From: an uncultured Eubacteriales bacterium
GTDB taxonomy: Bacteria; Acidobacteriota; Aminicenantia; Aminicenantales; Saccharicenantaceae
DNA: 64,000 nt
Reading direction: 5' to 3'
Assembly (NCBI GenBank): GCA_964423315.1
Contig: CAYREO010000012.1
Span: 15,534-79,533, forward strand
Each line of letters starts with the position of its first letter. Within the stretch, counting starts at the first letter, position 1. Below are positions 40,064-49,824 of the stretch, one piece after another. The notes below the pieces were generated by a model, which worked only from the letters and a program-made list of their open reading frames with translations, was not told the DNA's origin and did no database searches. Both the position numbers and the translations under genes were made by a program.

Positions 40064-40100
40064 CGAAACGTTTCGCTGATCGGATATCAAGGAGGGACGC

Positions 40101-41333
40101 ATGTTATTCCAAGGAGGGATGGACCTTCAGGCCCTGGCCGCGCTCAACAACATCGACCCGCTCGAAGCCGAGCCGGGGGCGCTCGCCGCGCGGGCCTTCG
40201 ACTCGGACGGCGACGGCCGGCCGGACCTGTTCGCCGTGGACCTCGACGCCGACGGGGCCGTGGACGGCGTCGTCAAGGCCTTCGACACCAACGGCGACGG
40301 GGCCAATGACACCTTCATCCAGTACAAGGAGGACGGCGCCGTCCAGTCCATCGGCCGGGTCAACCCGGCGACCGGCGAGCTGGAGGTCGTCTACGAGGAA
40401 CCGAGCCTCATCGAGGAGATCCTGGCGGCGCTCGGCCTCATCGACCTGCCGACCCCCGAGGAGGCCCTGTTCGGCTCCTTCGACAGTCCCTACTTCATGG
40501 ACACCTTCGGGTCGTACGGCACGGAGGTCCCCGATTTCTACGAGGGGCCGGACGAGATCGACGATTTCGAGCTCACCGAGGTCAGCCCCGAGGCGGCCGA
40601 GGCCATGGAGGCGGAGATGGGCATCCCGGGAGCCGCTGCGGACGCCGGGGACGATTTCGCGGAGCCGGGCATGGAGACGGCCGGGGGGACCGTCGGGGAG
40701 GCCGAGGCCGAGGCGGTCGCCGATGCTCCCGCTGAAGAAGGCGGCGAGGAGCCGGCCCCGCCCGAGGTCACACCGCGCATCACCGAGATCGAGGACCGCA
40801 GCGGCGGCGCCGGCTCGAGCCTGTGGGCCAAGGTCGACTCGGACGGCGACGGCATCGCCGACCACGACGTCCGCATCGAGGGCACGAGCACCGGCACGTT
40901 CTACGGCGACATCAACAAGGACGGCTATTCCGAGGAAGTGGCCACGGACCTCGACATGGACGGCCGCATCGACACGGTCCACGCGACCGGGCAGCCCGGG
41001 GGAGTCGATTCGGTCGACGCGGCGCAGATCATGGACCCCGGCTCGTCCCATCTCGCGGACCAGGCCCCCGGTGAGATCGACGACGCGGCAGCGGCCGCCG
41101 ACGCAGGGGTCGTCGACGCCGGCGATGCCGGGGCGGGGGCCGATCCTTCGGACGTCGACGCAGGCTCCGGGTCGAGCTATGACTACGACTCCGGGGCCGA
41201 CGCCGGCGGACTGGACAGCGGGGCGGACGTCTCCTCGGGCGCCGATTACGACGCGGGAAGCTACGACAGCGGGGGATCCGACAGCGGCGGCTACGACAGC
41301 GGCGGCTCGGACTACGGGTCCGACCCCGAGTGA
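40101..41333 (+). CDS. Very acidic hypothetical protein with DxDGDG repeats
   Basis: AAGGAGG RBS; DSDGDG x2, DLDADG, DTNGDG, DINKDG, DLDMDG; DSGG repeats at the end. Confidence 0.8.
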   Translation: MLFQGGMDLQALAALNNIDPLEAEPGALAARAFDSDGDGRPDLFAVDLDADGAVDGVVKAFDTNGDGANDTFIQYKEDGAVQSIGRVNPATGELEVVYEEPSLIEEILAALGLIDLPTPEEALFGSFDSPYFMDTFGSYGTEVPDFYEGPDEIDDFELTEVSPEAAEAMEAEMGIPGAAADAGDDFAEPGMETAGGTVGEAEAEAVADAPAEEGGEEPAPPEVTPRITEIEDRSGGAGSSLWAKVDSDGDGIADHDVRIEGTSTGTFYGDINKDGYSEEVATDLDMDGRIDTVHATGQPGGVDSVDAAQIMDPGSSHLADQAPGEIDDAAAAADAGVVDAGDAGAGADPSDVDAGSGSSYDYDSGADAGGLDSGADVSSGADYDAGSYDSGGSDSGGYDSGGSDYGSDPE

Positions 41334-41403
41334 GAGCCGATCCCGCTGAGGATTGAGGCGGGCCGGCGGGCGCCCCTCGCCCTCGCCCTCGACCGTCCGG
41401 CGC

Positions 41404-42156
41404 CTAGAGCGCGAAGAGGCTCTCGGCTTCCTTCTTGATGTGGCCGTGGGTCAGGGCCACCCAGACCGGCGTCGAGCGGTGCATGAAGACCTGCGCCGTG
41501 CCGATCGACACGACCACCGGATACTCATACGCCATCCAGTGCTTCGGCCAGTAGGATTCGAGGAAGGCCTCGACCCCGGCGTCGACCGAGGGCGCGACGA
41601 GCACGGGGTAGACGAGCAACTGCTGGAAGGCGTTCTTGGCCAGGAAGCCCTTGTTGGCGTTGCCGTGGTTGTAGACGGTCCTGCTGAATTCCTTGACGTA
41701 GGCGGTCGTGGCCGGCTCGGCCAGGACCTTGACCGCGCAGAAGGAGGTGACCATCCCGCCCTTGAACAGCTCGATGCGCTTGCGCCGGAGCCAGCGGTCG
41801 AGGGCGAGCACGGCGGGCGCCGTGGCGGCCGCCTCGAAGCCGGCCGCGGCCAGGCGGGCGTCGAGGGTCTCGAGGTAGGCTTGGGCGGTGGCGGGCGGGG
41901 CGCCGCCAGCGCCTGCGGCTTGTCCGGGCGGGGGCGCAGCCGGCTCCGCCTTGGGCGGCGCGCCGACCTCGGCCCCGCACGAGGTGCAGAACTTGTTGCC
42001 CGCGACGAGCTCCGCTCCGCAGGACGTGCAGAACTTGTGCGCTGAAGCGTCGGGGGCCGGCGCGGCGGGCTCGGCCGCCATGGCCGGGGCCCCGCAATGA
42101 ATACAGAACTTCGCGTCCTCCGGGGTCTCTTGGCTGCAGCTTGGGCACTTGATCAT
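41404..42156 (-). CDS. Double zinc-ribbon protein with uncharacterised C-terminal domain
   Basis: CPSC..FCIHCG, FCTSCG..FCTSCG; KHWMAYEYPVVV..TPVW. Confidence 0.8.
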   Translation of the reverse strand: MIKCPSCSQETPEDAKFCIHCGAPAMAAEPAAPAPDASAHKFCTSCGAELVAGNKFCTSCGAEVGAPPKAEPAAPPPGQAAGAGGAPPATAQAYLETLDARLAAAGFEAAATAPAVLALDRWLRRKRIELFKGGMVTSFCAVKVLAEPATTAYVKEFSRTVYNHGNANKGFLAKNAFQQLLVYPVLVAPSVDAGVEAFLESYWPKHWMAYEYPVVVSIGTAQVFMHRSTPVWVALTHGHIKKEAESLFAL

Positions 42157-42182
42157 GACGATCCTCCTTAATATTGCGCGGT

Positions 42183-42911
42183 CTAAAGGCCTTTCTCTTC
42201 CCGGGCAACGAGGTTCCAGCCGTAGATCCCGCCGCCCGTGAAGACGGCGTTGAGGAGCAGCGAGAGGGCCGGGCCCTTGAGAGAGCCGAGGAGGGCAAGG
42301 ACACCCAGGCAGGCCATGGCGATGAACAAACCTTTAGCGAGCTTGAAGGCCCCCCTGTCGATCTGGGTCATGGCATAGAGGAGCAGGCCGCCGAGGATGA
42401 CGTTGACGATGATCATGAACCACGCCAGGTCCGTGTTGGCGTAGAAGCGGGCGTAGGGCCCCAGCGTCGACTCGATATGGGAGATCTGAGAGAACATGCT
42501 GATGACCGATATGGCGTACAGGCCGGCCGCGGCGCCGAGCAGGGTCTTGATGCGGCGGGCGCCCGGGCTCAAAGGCTTGCGGGGCGCTCCCGCGGCGGCG
42601 GCGCCGCCTGTGGCCCGGGTGAAGAGGGATCGGAGAGGGGATTGGTAAACGGGGGGCGGCGGAGAAGGAGGCGGAGGCGCGCCTGCGGACGGGCGCGCCG
42701 GGCCGGGCCCGGCCGGGCCAGCGCGGCGGTCCTCGCCGTGGCCGGCGACCGGCTTCCCGCAGGATTTACAGAAGCGGCTCCCTTCGGGGCTCTCGGCGCC
42801 GCACGCGGCGCAGCGGACGGCGACCGGCGTTCGAGGCAGCGCCGACCCGCATCCCGCGCAGAACTTGCTGCCGGGCGGGTTCTCGGTCTTGCAGCCGGGG
42901 CAGGTGCTCAT
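42183..42911 (-). CDS. Double zinc-ribbon membrane protein
   Basis: ATG 42911 with AAGGAGG; CPGC..FCAGCG, CAACG..FCKSCG, poly-Pro linker, about four TM helices. Confidence 0.8.
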   Translation of the reverse strand: MSTCPGCKTENPPGSKFCAGCGSALPRTPVAVRCAACGAESPEGSRFCKSCGKPVAGHGEDRRAGPAGPGPARPSAGAPPPPSPPPPVYQSPLRSLFTRATGGAAAAGAPRKPLSPGARRIKTLLGAAAGLYAISVISMFSQISHIESTLGPYARFYANTDLAWFMIIVNVILGGLLLYAMTQIDRGAFKLAKGLFIAMACLGVLALLGSLKGPALSLLLNAVFTGGGIYGWNLVAREEKGL

Positions 42912-42959
42912 GGGCCCTCCTTCTATGGGCTGGGAGTTCGGCACATTGACCTTGCCGCG

Positions 42960-42989
42960 ATTATAATAAGCCGCCCGCCGCGTTGTCAA
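42960..42989 (-). promoter_or_regulatory. Consensus sigma70 promoter TTGACA-N18-TATAAT for the zinc-ribbon genes
   Basis: TGTCAA at 42984-42989 and ATTATA at 42960-42965 on the plus strand. Confidence 0.75.
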
Positions 42990-43058
42990 TTGACCGGAAG
43001 GGGAATTTTCGGCCCAGAAAAGCGCGATTAAGACCCTAAAAGGCTCCTCTTTTCGAGG

Positions 43059-44225
43059 CTATTTTCTTTTTTTTCCGAACGCTGCCGCAGCCAAGGCACG
43101 GGCTTTGTCCGTGCGCTCCCAGGTGAAATCGGGGTCGTTGCGGCCGAAGTGGCCGTAGGCCGAGGTCTTGACGTAGATGGGCCGGCGCAGCTTGAGGTGT
43201 TGGATGATGTCGCGCGGCTTGAGCGGGAAGTGCGTCTTGATGAGGGCCGCGATCTCGTCCTCCGGGATCTTGCCCGTCCCGAACGTGTCGACGTAGACGG
43301 CCATCGGCTTGGCCACCCCGATCGCGTACGACAGCTGGACCTCGCAGCGGCTGGCCAGCCCGGCCGCGACGATGTTCTTGGCGATGTACCGGCAGATGTA
43401 GGCCGCGCTGCGGTCGACCTTGCTCGGGTCCTTGCCCGAGAACGCGCCGCCGCCGTGCCGGCCCATCCCGCCATAGGTGTCGACGATGATCTTGCGCCCG
43501 GTGACTCCCGTGTCGCCCTCCGGCCCGCCGATGACGAACCGCCCCGTGGCGTTGATGAACACCTTGGTCCGCTCGTCCATCCAGCGGCCGCACACGGGAT
43601 CGATGACCTTCTTGCGGATCTCCTTCTTCAGCCGCTCTTCGCTCATCTTCTCGATGTGCTGCTGGGCGATGACCACGGCTTGGACCCGGGCCGGCTTCCC
43701 GTCGTGATACTCGACCGTGACCTGGCTCTTGCCGTCCGGCCCCAGGCTTTTCACGATCCCCGTCTTGCGGACCTCGGCCAGGCGCATGGCCAGCCGGTGG
43801 GCCAGCATGATCGGCAGAGGCATGAGCTCCGGGGTCTCGTCGCAGGCGTAGCCGAACATCATCCCCTGGTCGCCGGCGCCCGGCTCCTTGCCCCGATGCG
43901 CCGTCACGCCGCGGCCGATGTCGACGCTTTGGCCGTGGATCGAGACCCAGACCCCGGCGTCCTCGCAGTCGATGCCGAAGCGGGGGTCGGTATAGCCGAT
44001 CTCCCGCAGGGTCTGCCGGACGATGTTCTGGACGTCGGCGAAGCCCGTCGTCGTGATCTCGCCGGCGACGTGGACGGTCCCCGTGGTCGTCAGGCACTCC
44101 ACGGCGGTCCTGGCGTAGGGATCCTGTTTGATGAGGTCGTCGAGGATGGCGTCGCTGATCCGGTCGCAAATCTTGTCGGGATGGCCCTCGGTGACGCTCT
44201 CGCTGGTGAAGAAGGTCTTTCTCAT
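43059..44225 (-). CDS. metK: S-adenosylmethionine synthetase
   Basis: [49 protein letters not shown]. Confidence 0.99.
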   Translation of the reverse strand: MRKTFFTSESVTEGHPDKICDRISDAILDDLIKQDPYARTAVECLTTTGTVHVAGEITTTGFADVQNIVRQTLREIGYTDPRFGIDCEDAGVWVSIHGQSVDIGRGVTAHRGKEPGAGDQGMMFGYACDETPELMPLPIMLAHRLAMRLAEVRKTGIVKSLGPDGKSQVTVEYHDGKPARVQAVVIAQQHIEKMSEERLKKEIRKKVIDPVCGRWMDERTKVFINATGRFVIGGPEGDTGVTGRKIIVDTYGGMGRHGGGAFSGKDPSKVDRSAAYICRYIAKNIVAAGLASRCEVQLSYAIGVAKPMAVYVDTFGTGKIPEDEIAALIKTHFPLKPRDIIQHLKLRRPIYVKTSAYGHFGRNDPDFTWERTDKARALAAAAFGKKRK

Positions 44226-44460
44226 GGCCGTGCCTCCCTTGGTGGCGGTCCCGGCACCCGGGCCGGAGCTTCAGGTCCCCTGAAGACTGACTATCATAGA
44301 GGAAACGGCCGCAAGTTCCAAGACCCGCATGGAATCACGTAAGATGTTCCCCAGCTCTCTGGAGGGATGGGGTGACATGCCCGTGGTGGACGTGCGATCA
44401 CGCCGGCAGGTTCCGAAAGCGCGCCGGATGCGTTGTCATCGGCGGCGGGGGCGGGGGCGG

Positions 44461-45930
44461 TCAATCCCGGGAGCGGAGCATGCGCCGGGCGAGGACGAGG
44501 ACGCCAAGCCCGCAGGCGTAGCCCAGGGTCAGCGCCGGCCCGATGGCCGCGGCCCCGACGACGTTCAGGACGGGGATGAGGACCGCGAAGGAGGCGGCCG
44601 TCACGGCCAGCTGGACGGCCACCGCGGCGCTGATGGGAGTCGTGCGCTGCGAGCGGACGAGGACGGCCCGTTCGAAGGACAGGGCGGATTCGAGAACGGG
44701 GAGCAGGACGAGAAGGGCGCCCGGAAGGACGGCGAAGGCCGCCAGCTCGGCGTCGAGGCCCGAGATCGCCGCGTACCAGACGTTCCCGAGCGGGGTGAAC
44801 ACGACGGCGGCCAACCCGGCCGTCGCGGCCGCCCCGAGGCGGAGGGCGAAGCGATGAAGGGCGCGGCGGTTCTCCGGGCCGTCGCCGGCCAGGGCGATGA
44901 CGACCTCCTGGAGGGCGATGCCGCTCGTTCGGAAGATGAAGGCCAGGCCGACGACGACCGGCAGGACGGCCAGCGATTCGATCGGCTGGCGCCCGCGGGC
45001 CAGGAAGAAGGTCGTCAGGGGATTGATGAAGAACGACAGGAACGAGGTCAGGGCGAGCGGGGCGTAGAAGCGGATGACCTTGGCTTGGGTCAGGGCCAGG
45101 CCGTAGGAGCATTGATCGTCGGACATCGCCCGTAAGCGACGGACAGAGGAGCGGGCCATGGCCCAGCTGGCCGCGGCTTCGGCCAGGACGCCGGCGCCGA
45201 GAGCCCCCGCCCCGACGCTCGCTCCGGGGAGATGGAGGGCAAGGGCCAGGAAGAGGCCGGTCGCGGCCATGGCCGACAGGCGGACGATCGTCCCGTAGGT
45301 CACAGCCTGGGGCCGGCCGTCGCGGATGAGGATGCCCTGGTAGAAGCGGCGGAAGCCGATGGCCGCCGGCCACAGGAGGAGCCAGATCATGGCCTGGCCC
45401 GCCAAGCCGGCGACGTCCGGCGTGAGGCCCATGATCCGGAGGGCGACGAGATCGAAGACGGACGGGACGATGAGCACGGCCATGACCGCGGTGACGGCCG
45501 CGTTGAGGGCGTTGGAGAAGCGCAGGAGCTTGCGGTAGGCGACGCCGTCGCGGACGAGGGCGTTGGAGGCCGAGAGCATCATGACGACCGGCGACTCGAC
45601 GATCCAGGCCAGGGCCGAGGCCACGGCGAAGGCGGCCAGGTTCTCCTTGGCCCCGGGCAGGCGGGCGATGACGGCGGCCAGGAACGGGCTCTCGGCGGCC
45701 ATCATCAGCCAGGTCGCTTGGAGGGGCAGCCAGAAGCGGAAGATGAGCCCGGTCGTCAGGGGGCGGAGGGCGGCGGAAGAGGAGAAAGAGCCGGGGGCGG
45801 CGAGGCGGGCGTCGGCGGAGGCGGCGGATGCGAAAGAGGAGGAGAGAGGGACCGGAACGGACGGTGGGGGCGAAGCGGAGGCTGGGGCGGGTGCGGAAGC
45901 GGCAGGGTCGGCGAGATCAGGGCGGCGCAT
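44461..45930 (-). CDS. MOP-superfamily (MATE/ANKH-like) membrane transporter
   Basis: Two-fold repeat FWLPL / FYAPL halves, about 12 TM helices. Confidence 0.65.
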   Translation of the reverse strand: MRRPDLADPAASAPAPASASPPPSVPVPLSSSFASAASADARLAAPGSFSSSAALRPLTTGLIFRFWLPLQATWLMMAAESPFLAAVIARLPGAKENLAAFAVASALAWIVESPVVMMLSASNALVRDGVAYRKLLRFSNALNAAVTAVMAVLIVPSVFDLVALRIMGLTPDVAGLAGQAMIWLLLWPAAIGFRRFYQGILIRDGRPQAVTYGTIVRLSAMAATGLFLALALHLPGASVGAGALGAGVLAEAAASWAMARSSVRRLRAMSDDQCSYGLALTQAKVIRFYAPLALTSFLSFFINPLTTFFLARGRQPIESLAVLPVVVGLAFIFRTSGIALQEVVIALAGDGPENRRALHRFALRLGAAATAGLAAVVFTPLGNVWYAAISGLDAELAAFAVLPGALLVLLPVLESALSFERAVLVRSQRTTPISAAVAVQLAVTAASFAVLIPVLNVVGAAAIGPALTLGYACGLGVLVLARRMLRSRD

Positions 45931-45968
45931 GGGACATTCGGCGCGCTAGAATAGCACTTCGCGCAGAG

Positions 45969-46050
45969 GGGGTCAAATCTTCAATCATTAAATTTTCCGG
46001 CGCTCCGGTGTCCGACGATCTGAAGAATTGAATGATTGAGGGTTTGACCC
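45969..46050. repeat. Type A hairpin element, copy 4 (right arm degenerate)
   Basis: GGGGTCAAATCTTCAATCATTAAATTTTC ... GAATTGAATGATTGAGGGTTTGACCC. Confidence 0.88.
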
Positions 46051-46084
46051 TTCTGATTTGAACCCTTCTTCTGCGGCCCGCGGC

Positions 46085-46354
46085 CTAGAATTCCCGGTCG
46101 TCGCGCTTACAGTAATAGTTGTACGGGGAGATGTCGCAGCCGCCGAGAAAGAGCTCGCCCCGGTCGGCCTTCAGGAACATGGCGTGGGTGGGGAAGCCGT
46201 AGACGATGGGGATGACCTCGCCCGAGTCATGGCAGTACGGGCAGGCGGGCACGCGGCTCTTGCCGTTGCTTTTCGAGGGCGTTGTCCTGTGGGCGTGGGA
46301 CCGGCCGTTGCTCCGCCCGTTGCCGGGCCTGGGCTCATAATGTGGGCTTTCCAT
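46085..46354 (-). CDS. Small hypothetical Cys-containing protein
   Basis: CPYC..VIPIVYGFP..LFLGGC..YYC pattern; AAGG RBS. Confidence 0.7.
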   Translation of the reverse strand: MESPHYEPRPGNGRSNGRSHAHRTTPSKSNGKSRVPACPYCHDSGEVIPIVYGFPTHAMFLKADRGELFLGGCDISPYNYYCKRDDREF

Positions 46355-46461
46355 TCCGCACCTTCCTTCACAAGCTCCCGCTCATTTCCGAGCCAATGCT
46401 AAAAGCGGGCGGACTAGCCTCCTATCGCCTCCAGGGGTGATTTGGAGGGGGGATTTTCCGC

Positions 46462-46693
46462 GGGACATGGTGAATGCTGCCCCAATTTCGCAGGTTGCTT
46501 TCATGGCGGGGGGCATGCCCCTCAGGTCCGTATCCTCAGCTTGCCGGCCGGTGCCGAGCTTCTCGCTCTGCCCTTCGACTCATCGTAAAAACGCCCTTAA
46601 AAACGCGATAATACGGCAAGCGCCAAACTGATGAGCAAGACCATGCAACAACTAACTCATTGAAAATAAAGATTATTCTGTGGTCCGACCCCC
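46462..46693 (+). repeat. Type B element (about 232 bp)
   Basis: GGGACAT left end; CTAA-CTCA-TTGA-N17-TGGTCCGACCCC right end; close homologue of 48298-48526. Confidence 0.92.
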
Positions 46694-46703
46694 ATGGCCG
46701 GCC

Positions 46704-48251
46704 CTATCTCAGTTCTTTACGCGGTACGAGCTCGTCGGCCGTAGCCGCATGCCAGGCGAAGGAGGCCATGATCACGGCGTTCTTGATCAGGTCCTGCGGT
46801 TGGATCGTGTCGAGGAAATCGAGGTTCGTGTGGCCGGCCGTTCCCGGGATGCGATCCTGGATGAACTGGAAGCCGGGCAGGCCGACGCGGTCGAAGGAGA
46901 CGTGGTCGGTCGATCCGACGCTCTGGTTCGAGACGGCCCAACAGCCCATGTCGCGGAACGGCGCGATCCAGGCCGCCATCATCCGGCGGGCCCGCTCGTT
47001 GCCTTGAAGGTAGATCCCGCGGAAGGCGCCCGCCCCGTAGTCCATGTTGAAATAGGCGGAGAATTTGTCGTAGGGGGGCTTTCGGCCGATCTTGGGGTCG
47101 CGCGGATCGCCGAAGTGTTTTTTGACGTATTCGCCGGATCCGTAGAGGCCCTGTTCCTCGCCGCCCCACCAGGCCACCCGGATGGTCCGCCGCGGCCTGG
47201 CCCCGACGGCCTTGAGAATGCGGGCGGCCTCGAGAACCACGGCGCAGGAGGCCCCGTTGTCGCTCGGGCTGGGGCTGGCATGCCAGGTATCGAAGTGGGC
47301 GCCGATGATGACAACCTCGCCGGCGAGGTCCGTTCCGGGGATCTCGCCTATCAGGTTATGGGCCATCTCGCGCTCCTTGCCGATGCGATTGCGGACCTCG
47401 ACCTCGACCTTGACCGGAAGGCCGCGCTTCAGGATGCGGTACATCCGGTTGTAATGCTCGGGGGTGATCGACAGGATGGGGAGCGACGCCATGGTGGCCT
47501 CGTAGGACCATTTGTCGTCCTTGGTCCCGGGGCGGGCGAAGCCACTGACGGCCCCGATCCGACCTCCCGGGCACTGGAAGACGACGGCCGCGCCCTCGGC
47601 CTTGAAGAAGGCCAGTTGCTCATCGGGCTTGACCAGGTCCGGGTTGGCGGGAGGCTTCGCCGGGACGGCGCGGCGGGCCGGAAGAACGGTCTCCTCCAGC
47701 CGCCTCAGGTCCTCGTCTGTGTAGCGGTTGACCGGCGCATGGATCGCATAGGGATCGATATCCAGGGGCGGGTTCATCAGGACGGCCGCCCCCTTGAGCC
47801 TGCCCTTGAGCTTGGCCAGCTCGGTCCTGGTCTGAACGTCGGCGATCACGGCATGGACGGTCAGCTTGCCTTCCGTCCCGGGCGTGTGGGCCAGCGGGAA
47901 TCCGACCATCATCTGATAGACCGGCTCGATCATGTGGACCGAGGTGTATTCATTGTCCCACGGCACGCCGTAATCCATGAACGGCTCGAGCGTCACGTTC
48001 TCCAGCCCGAGTTTGACGAACGTCTCACGGGCCCAAGCGTGAGCCCTTTTCATGCTTTGTGACAGGGTCAGCCGGGGACCGATGACGTCGGTCATGAAGC
48101 CCACAATGTCCATGACTTGGGAGCGCTGCAGGCCTTCCTCGCGGATGCGGGCGACCATGTCCCAATCGGCTTGGGGGGCGGCAGTCTGGGCCAATGCCAA
48201 GATCGGCGCGAGAACCAGAGTGGCGAGGGCAATGCGGCGGGCACGGTTCAT
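46704..48251 (-). CDS. Exported M28-family (PA-domain) peptidase
   Basis: ATG 48251 after GGAGG; GAHFDTW, SDNG, GGEEQGLYGS, FNMD, STDHVSF, HTNLD. Confidence 0.9.
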   Translation of the reverse strand: MNRARRIALATLVLAPILALAQTAAPQADWDMVARIREEGLQRSQVMDIVGFMTDVIGPRLTLSQSMKRAHAWARETFVKLGLENVTLEPFMDYGVPWDNEYTSVHMIEPVYQMMVGFPLAHTPGTEGKLTVHAVIADVQTRTELAKLKGRLKGAAVLMNPPLDIDPYAIHAPVNRYTDEDLRRLEETVLPARRAVPAKPPANPDLVKPDEQLAFFKAEGAAVVFQCPGGRIGAVSGFARPGTKDDKWSYEATMASLPILSITPEHYNRMYRILKRGLPVKVEVEVRNRIGKEREMAHNLIGEIPGTDLAGEVVIIGAHFDTWHASPSPSDNGASCAVVLEAARILKAVGARPRRTIRVAWWGGEEQGLYGSGEYVKKHFGDPRDPKIGRKPPYDKFSAYFNMDYGAGAFRGIYLQGNERARRMMAAWIAPFRDMGCWAVSNQSVGSTDHVSFDRVGLPGFQFIQDRIPGTAGHTNLDFLDTIQPQDLIKNAVIMASFAWHAATADELVPRKELR

Positions 48252-48297
48252 GTGGACCTCCATGGGCGCGGCGTTTGCCGCCCATTATATAAAATTT

Positions 48298-48526
48298 GGG
48301 GACACAATACCTACTCCCCGATTTCGAAAATTGCTTTCACGGGGGGGCATGCCCCTCCGGTCCGTGTCCCCAGCTTGCCGGCCGGTGCCGAGCTTCTCGT
48401 TCCGCTTTTGGATTCATCGCAAAAATGCCCCTAAAAACGCGATTATGCGGCAAGCGCCAAGCTGATGAGCAAGACCATATAGCGACTAACGCATTGATAA
48501 TAAAAACCATTCTGTGGTCCGACCCC
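48298..48526 (+). repeat. Type B element (about 229 bp)
   Basis: GGGGACACAATACC left end; CTAA-CGCA-TTGA-N17-TGGTCCGACCCC. Confidence 0.93.
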
Positions 48527-48540
48527 GAATGGGGTAAAAT

Positions 48541-49335
48541 GTGCTCGTGCGAAGGAACGGGCTGTTCTATGTCCCGGGGTGGCTTTATGACGCGGCGCTC
48601 GGCACGGCGTTGCGCGGGTTGCGGCGGAGGATTGCGGCGGACGTCGCGGCCGAGGGCCTCTTCCCTTGTCTCGACATATGTTGCGGCACGGGCAGCCAAG
48701 TCCGCGCCATCAATTCGAGCGGCATCGGCGCCGTCCCCGGCCCGCGGGCCGAAGGGAGTACGGACGCAACCGGAGCGCGCGGGCGCGGCCTCGTCATCGG
48801 GCTCGACAGCCATTACGGGATGATCCGCTATGCCTCAGCCCGGGCGGGCGTTCGGCGACTGGCTTGGGCGCCGGCGGGGATGGGATCCGACCGGACGAGC
48901 GCATCGCCGGCAGGAACGCTGCCAGCGGCGTCTGAGCCCATGCCTGCGGGCGCGGCCTTCGTCGTCAGTGACGCCCTACGCCTGCCCTTCAAGGAAGCGT
49001 CTTTCCGGGCCGTCATGATCTCTTTCGGCCTCCACGACAAGTCGCCGGAGGACCGGATGGTGATCGCCGGCGAGGCCCGCCGCGTCCTGGCGCCCGGCGG
49101 CAAGGCGATCTTCGTCGACTTCGAGAACCCTTGGAACGCGCGATCGCGGCTCGGGGCTCTCCTGGTCCACGCCATCGAGCAGACGGCCGGCGGCGCTCAC
49201 TACCGGAACGGCCGCATATTCCTGGCCCGCGGCGGTCTGCGGTCCTTTCTTCGCGAGTCCGGATTCGCGGAGGAGTCGCGTCGTGACATCGAGACAGGCT
49301 CGCTCGCTGTCGTCACGTGCCGCGCACGTCATTAA
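48541..49335 (+). CDS. Class I SAM-dependent methyltransferase with two low-complexity inserts
   Basis: LDICCGTG, IGLD, DALRLPF..ASFRAV..SFGLH, VLAPGG. Confidence 0.85.
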   Translation: MLVRRNGLFYVPGWLYDAALGTALRGLRRRIAADVAAEGLFPCLDICCGTGSQVRAINSSGIGAVPGPRAEGSTDATGARGRGLVIGLDSHYGMIRYASARAGVRRLAWAPAGMGSDRTSASPAGTLPAASEPMPAGAAFVVSDALRLPFKEASFRAVMISFGLHDKSPEDRMVIAGEARRVLAPGGKAIFVDFENPWNARSRLGALLVHAIEQTAGGAHYRNGRIFLARGGLRSFLRESGFAEESRRDIETGSLAVVTCRARH

Positions 49336-49350
49336 CAAAAGGAGGGTGTC

Positions 49351-49824
49351 ATGAAGAAAATGAACGCGCTGCTGGTCATCGGCCTGATCGGCATTCTGAC
49401 CATCGGCGTCAACTTCGGCGTCCAATCGAAGCGCGCTTTCAGCGGTGACCCAGGCATCTGGTGGACCGCGAAGACGATGCCTTTGAGCTTCGAGGAAACT
49501 CAGAAGGCCTTCGAGCTGTTCATCGATGGCCGGCTCCTCCAGAGACACCTTGCCGACGGGACGCTGATGATCGCGAGGAGCGACGGCGAACACCATCGCC
49601 TCGAACCGGGCGATATCGCCGTTCGCATCAACAATTGGCACAAGGTCAGAGCATCGATCCTGGCCCAGGCCCTGCCGTCCTGCTTTTTGTTCGGCGTGAG
49701 CCTGACGATGCTGGTCCTAGGCCTCGCTCAGATCGTGGCCAGGAAGAGGGGAGGCTCGACCGGCGGCGGCCAACTCGATCAAGAAGGGGTCAAATCTCCA
49801 ATCATTAAAAATTCTCCGCTCTGA
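49351..49824 (+). CDS. Hypothetical membrane protein; C-terminus reads into hybrid A/B element
   Basis: AAGGAGG RBS; hydrophobic N- and C-segments; ends QEGVKSPIIKNSPL. Confidence 0.75.
   Translation: MKKMNALLVIGLIGILTIGVNFGVQSKRAFSGDPGIWWTAKTMPLSFEETQKAFELFIDGRLLQRHLADGTLMIARSDGEHHRLEPGDIAVRINNWHKVRASILAQALPSCFLFGVSLTMLVLGLAQIVARKRGGSTGGGQLDQEGVKSPIIKNSPL

Noticed and set aside
44226-44460. SAM riboswitch upstream of metK
   Set aside because: No SAM-I core motifs found on the coding strand. A weak GGGGAACATCTTAC match to the element left end (44331-44352, minus strand) is too degenerate to call.
28332-49813. Type A repeats as a CRISPR array
   Set aside because: Copies are dispersed and arms are inverted, not tandem direct repeats; no cas genes in the window.
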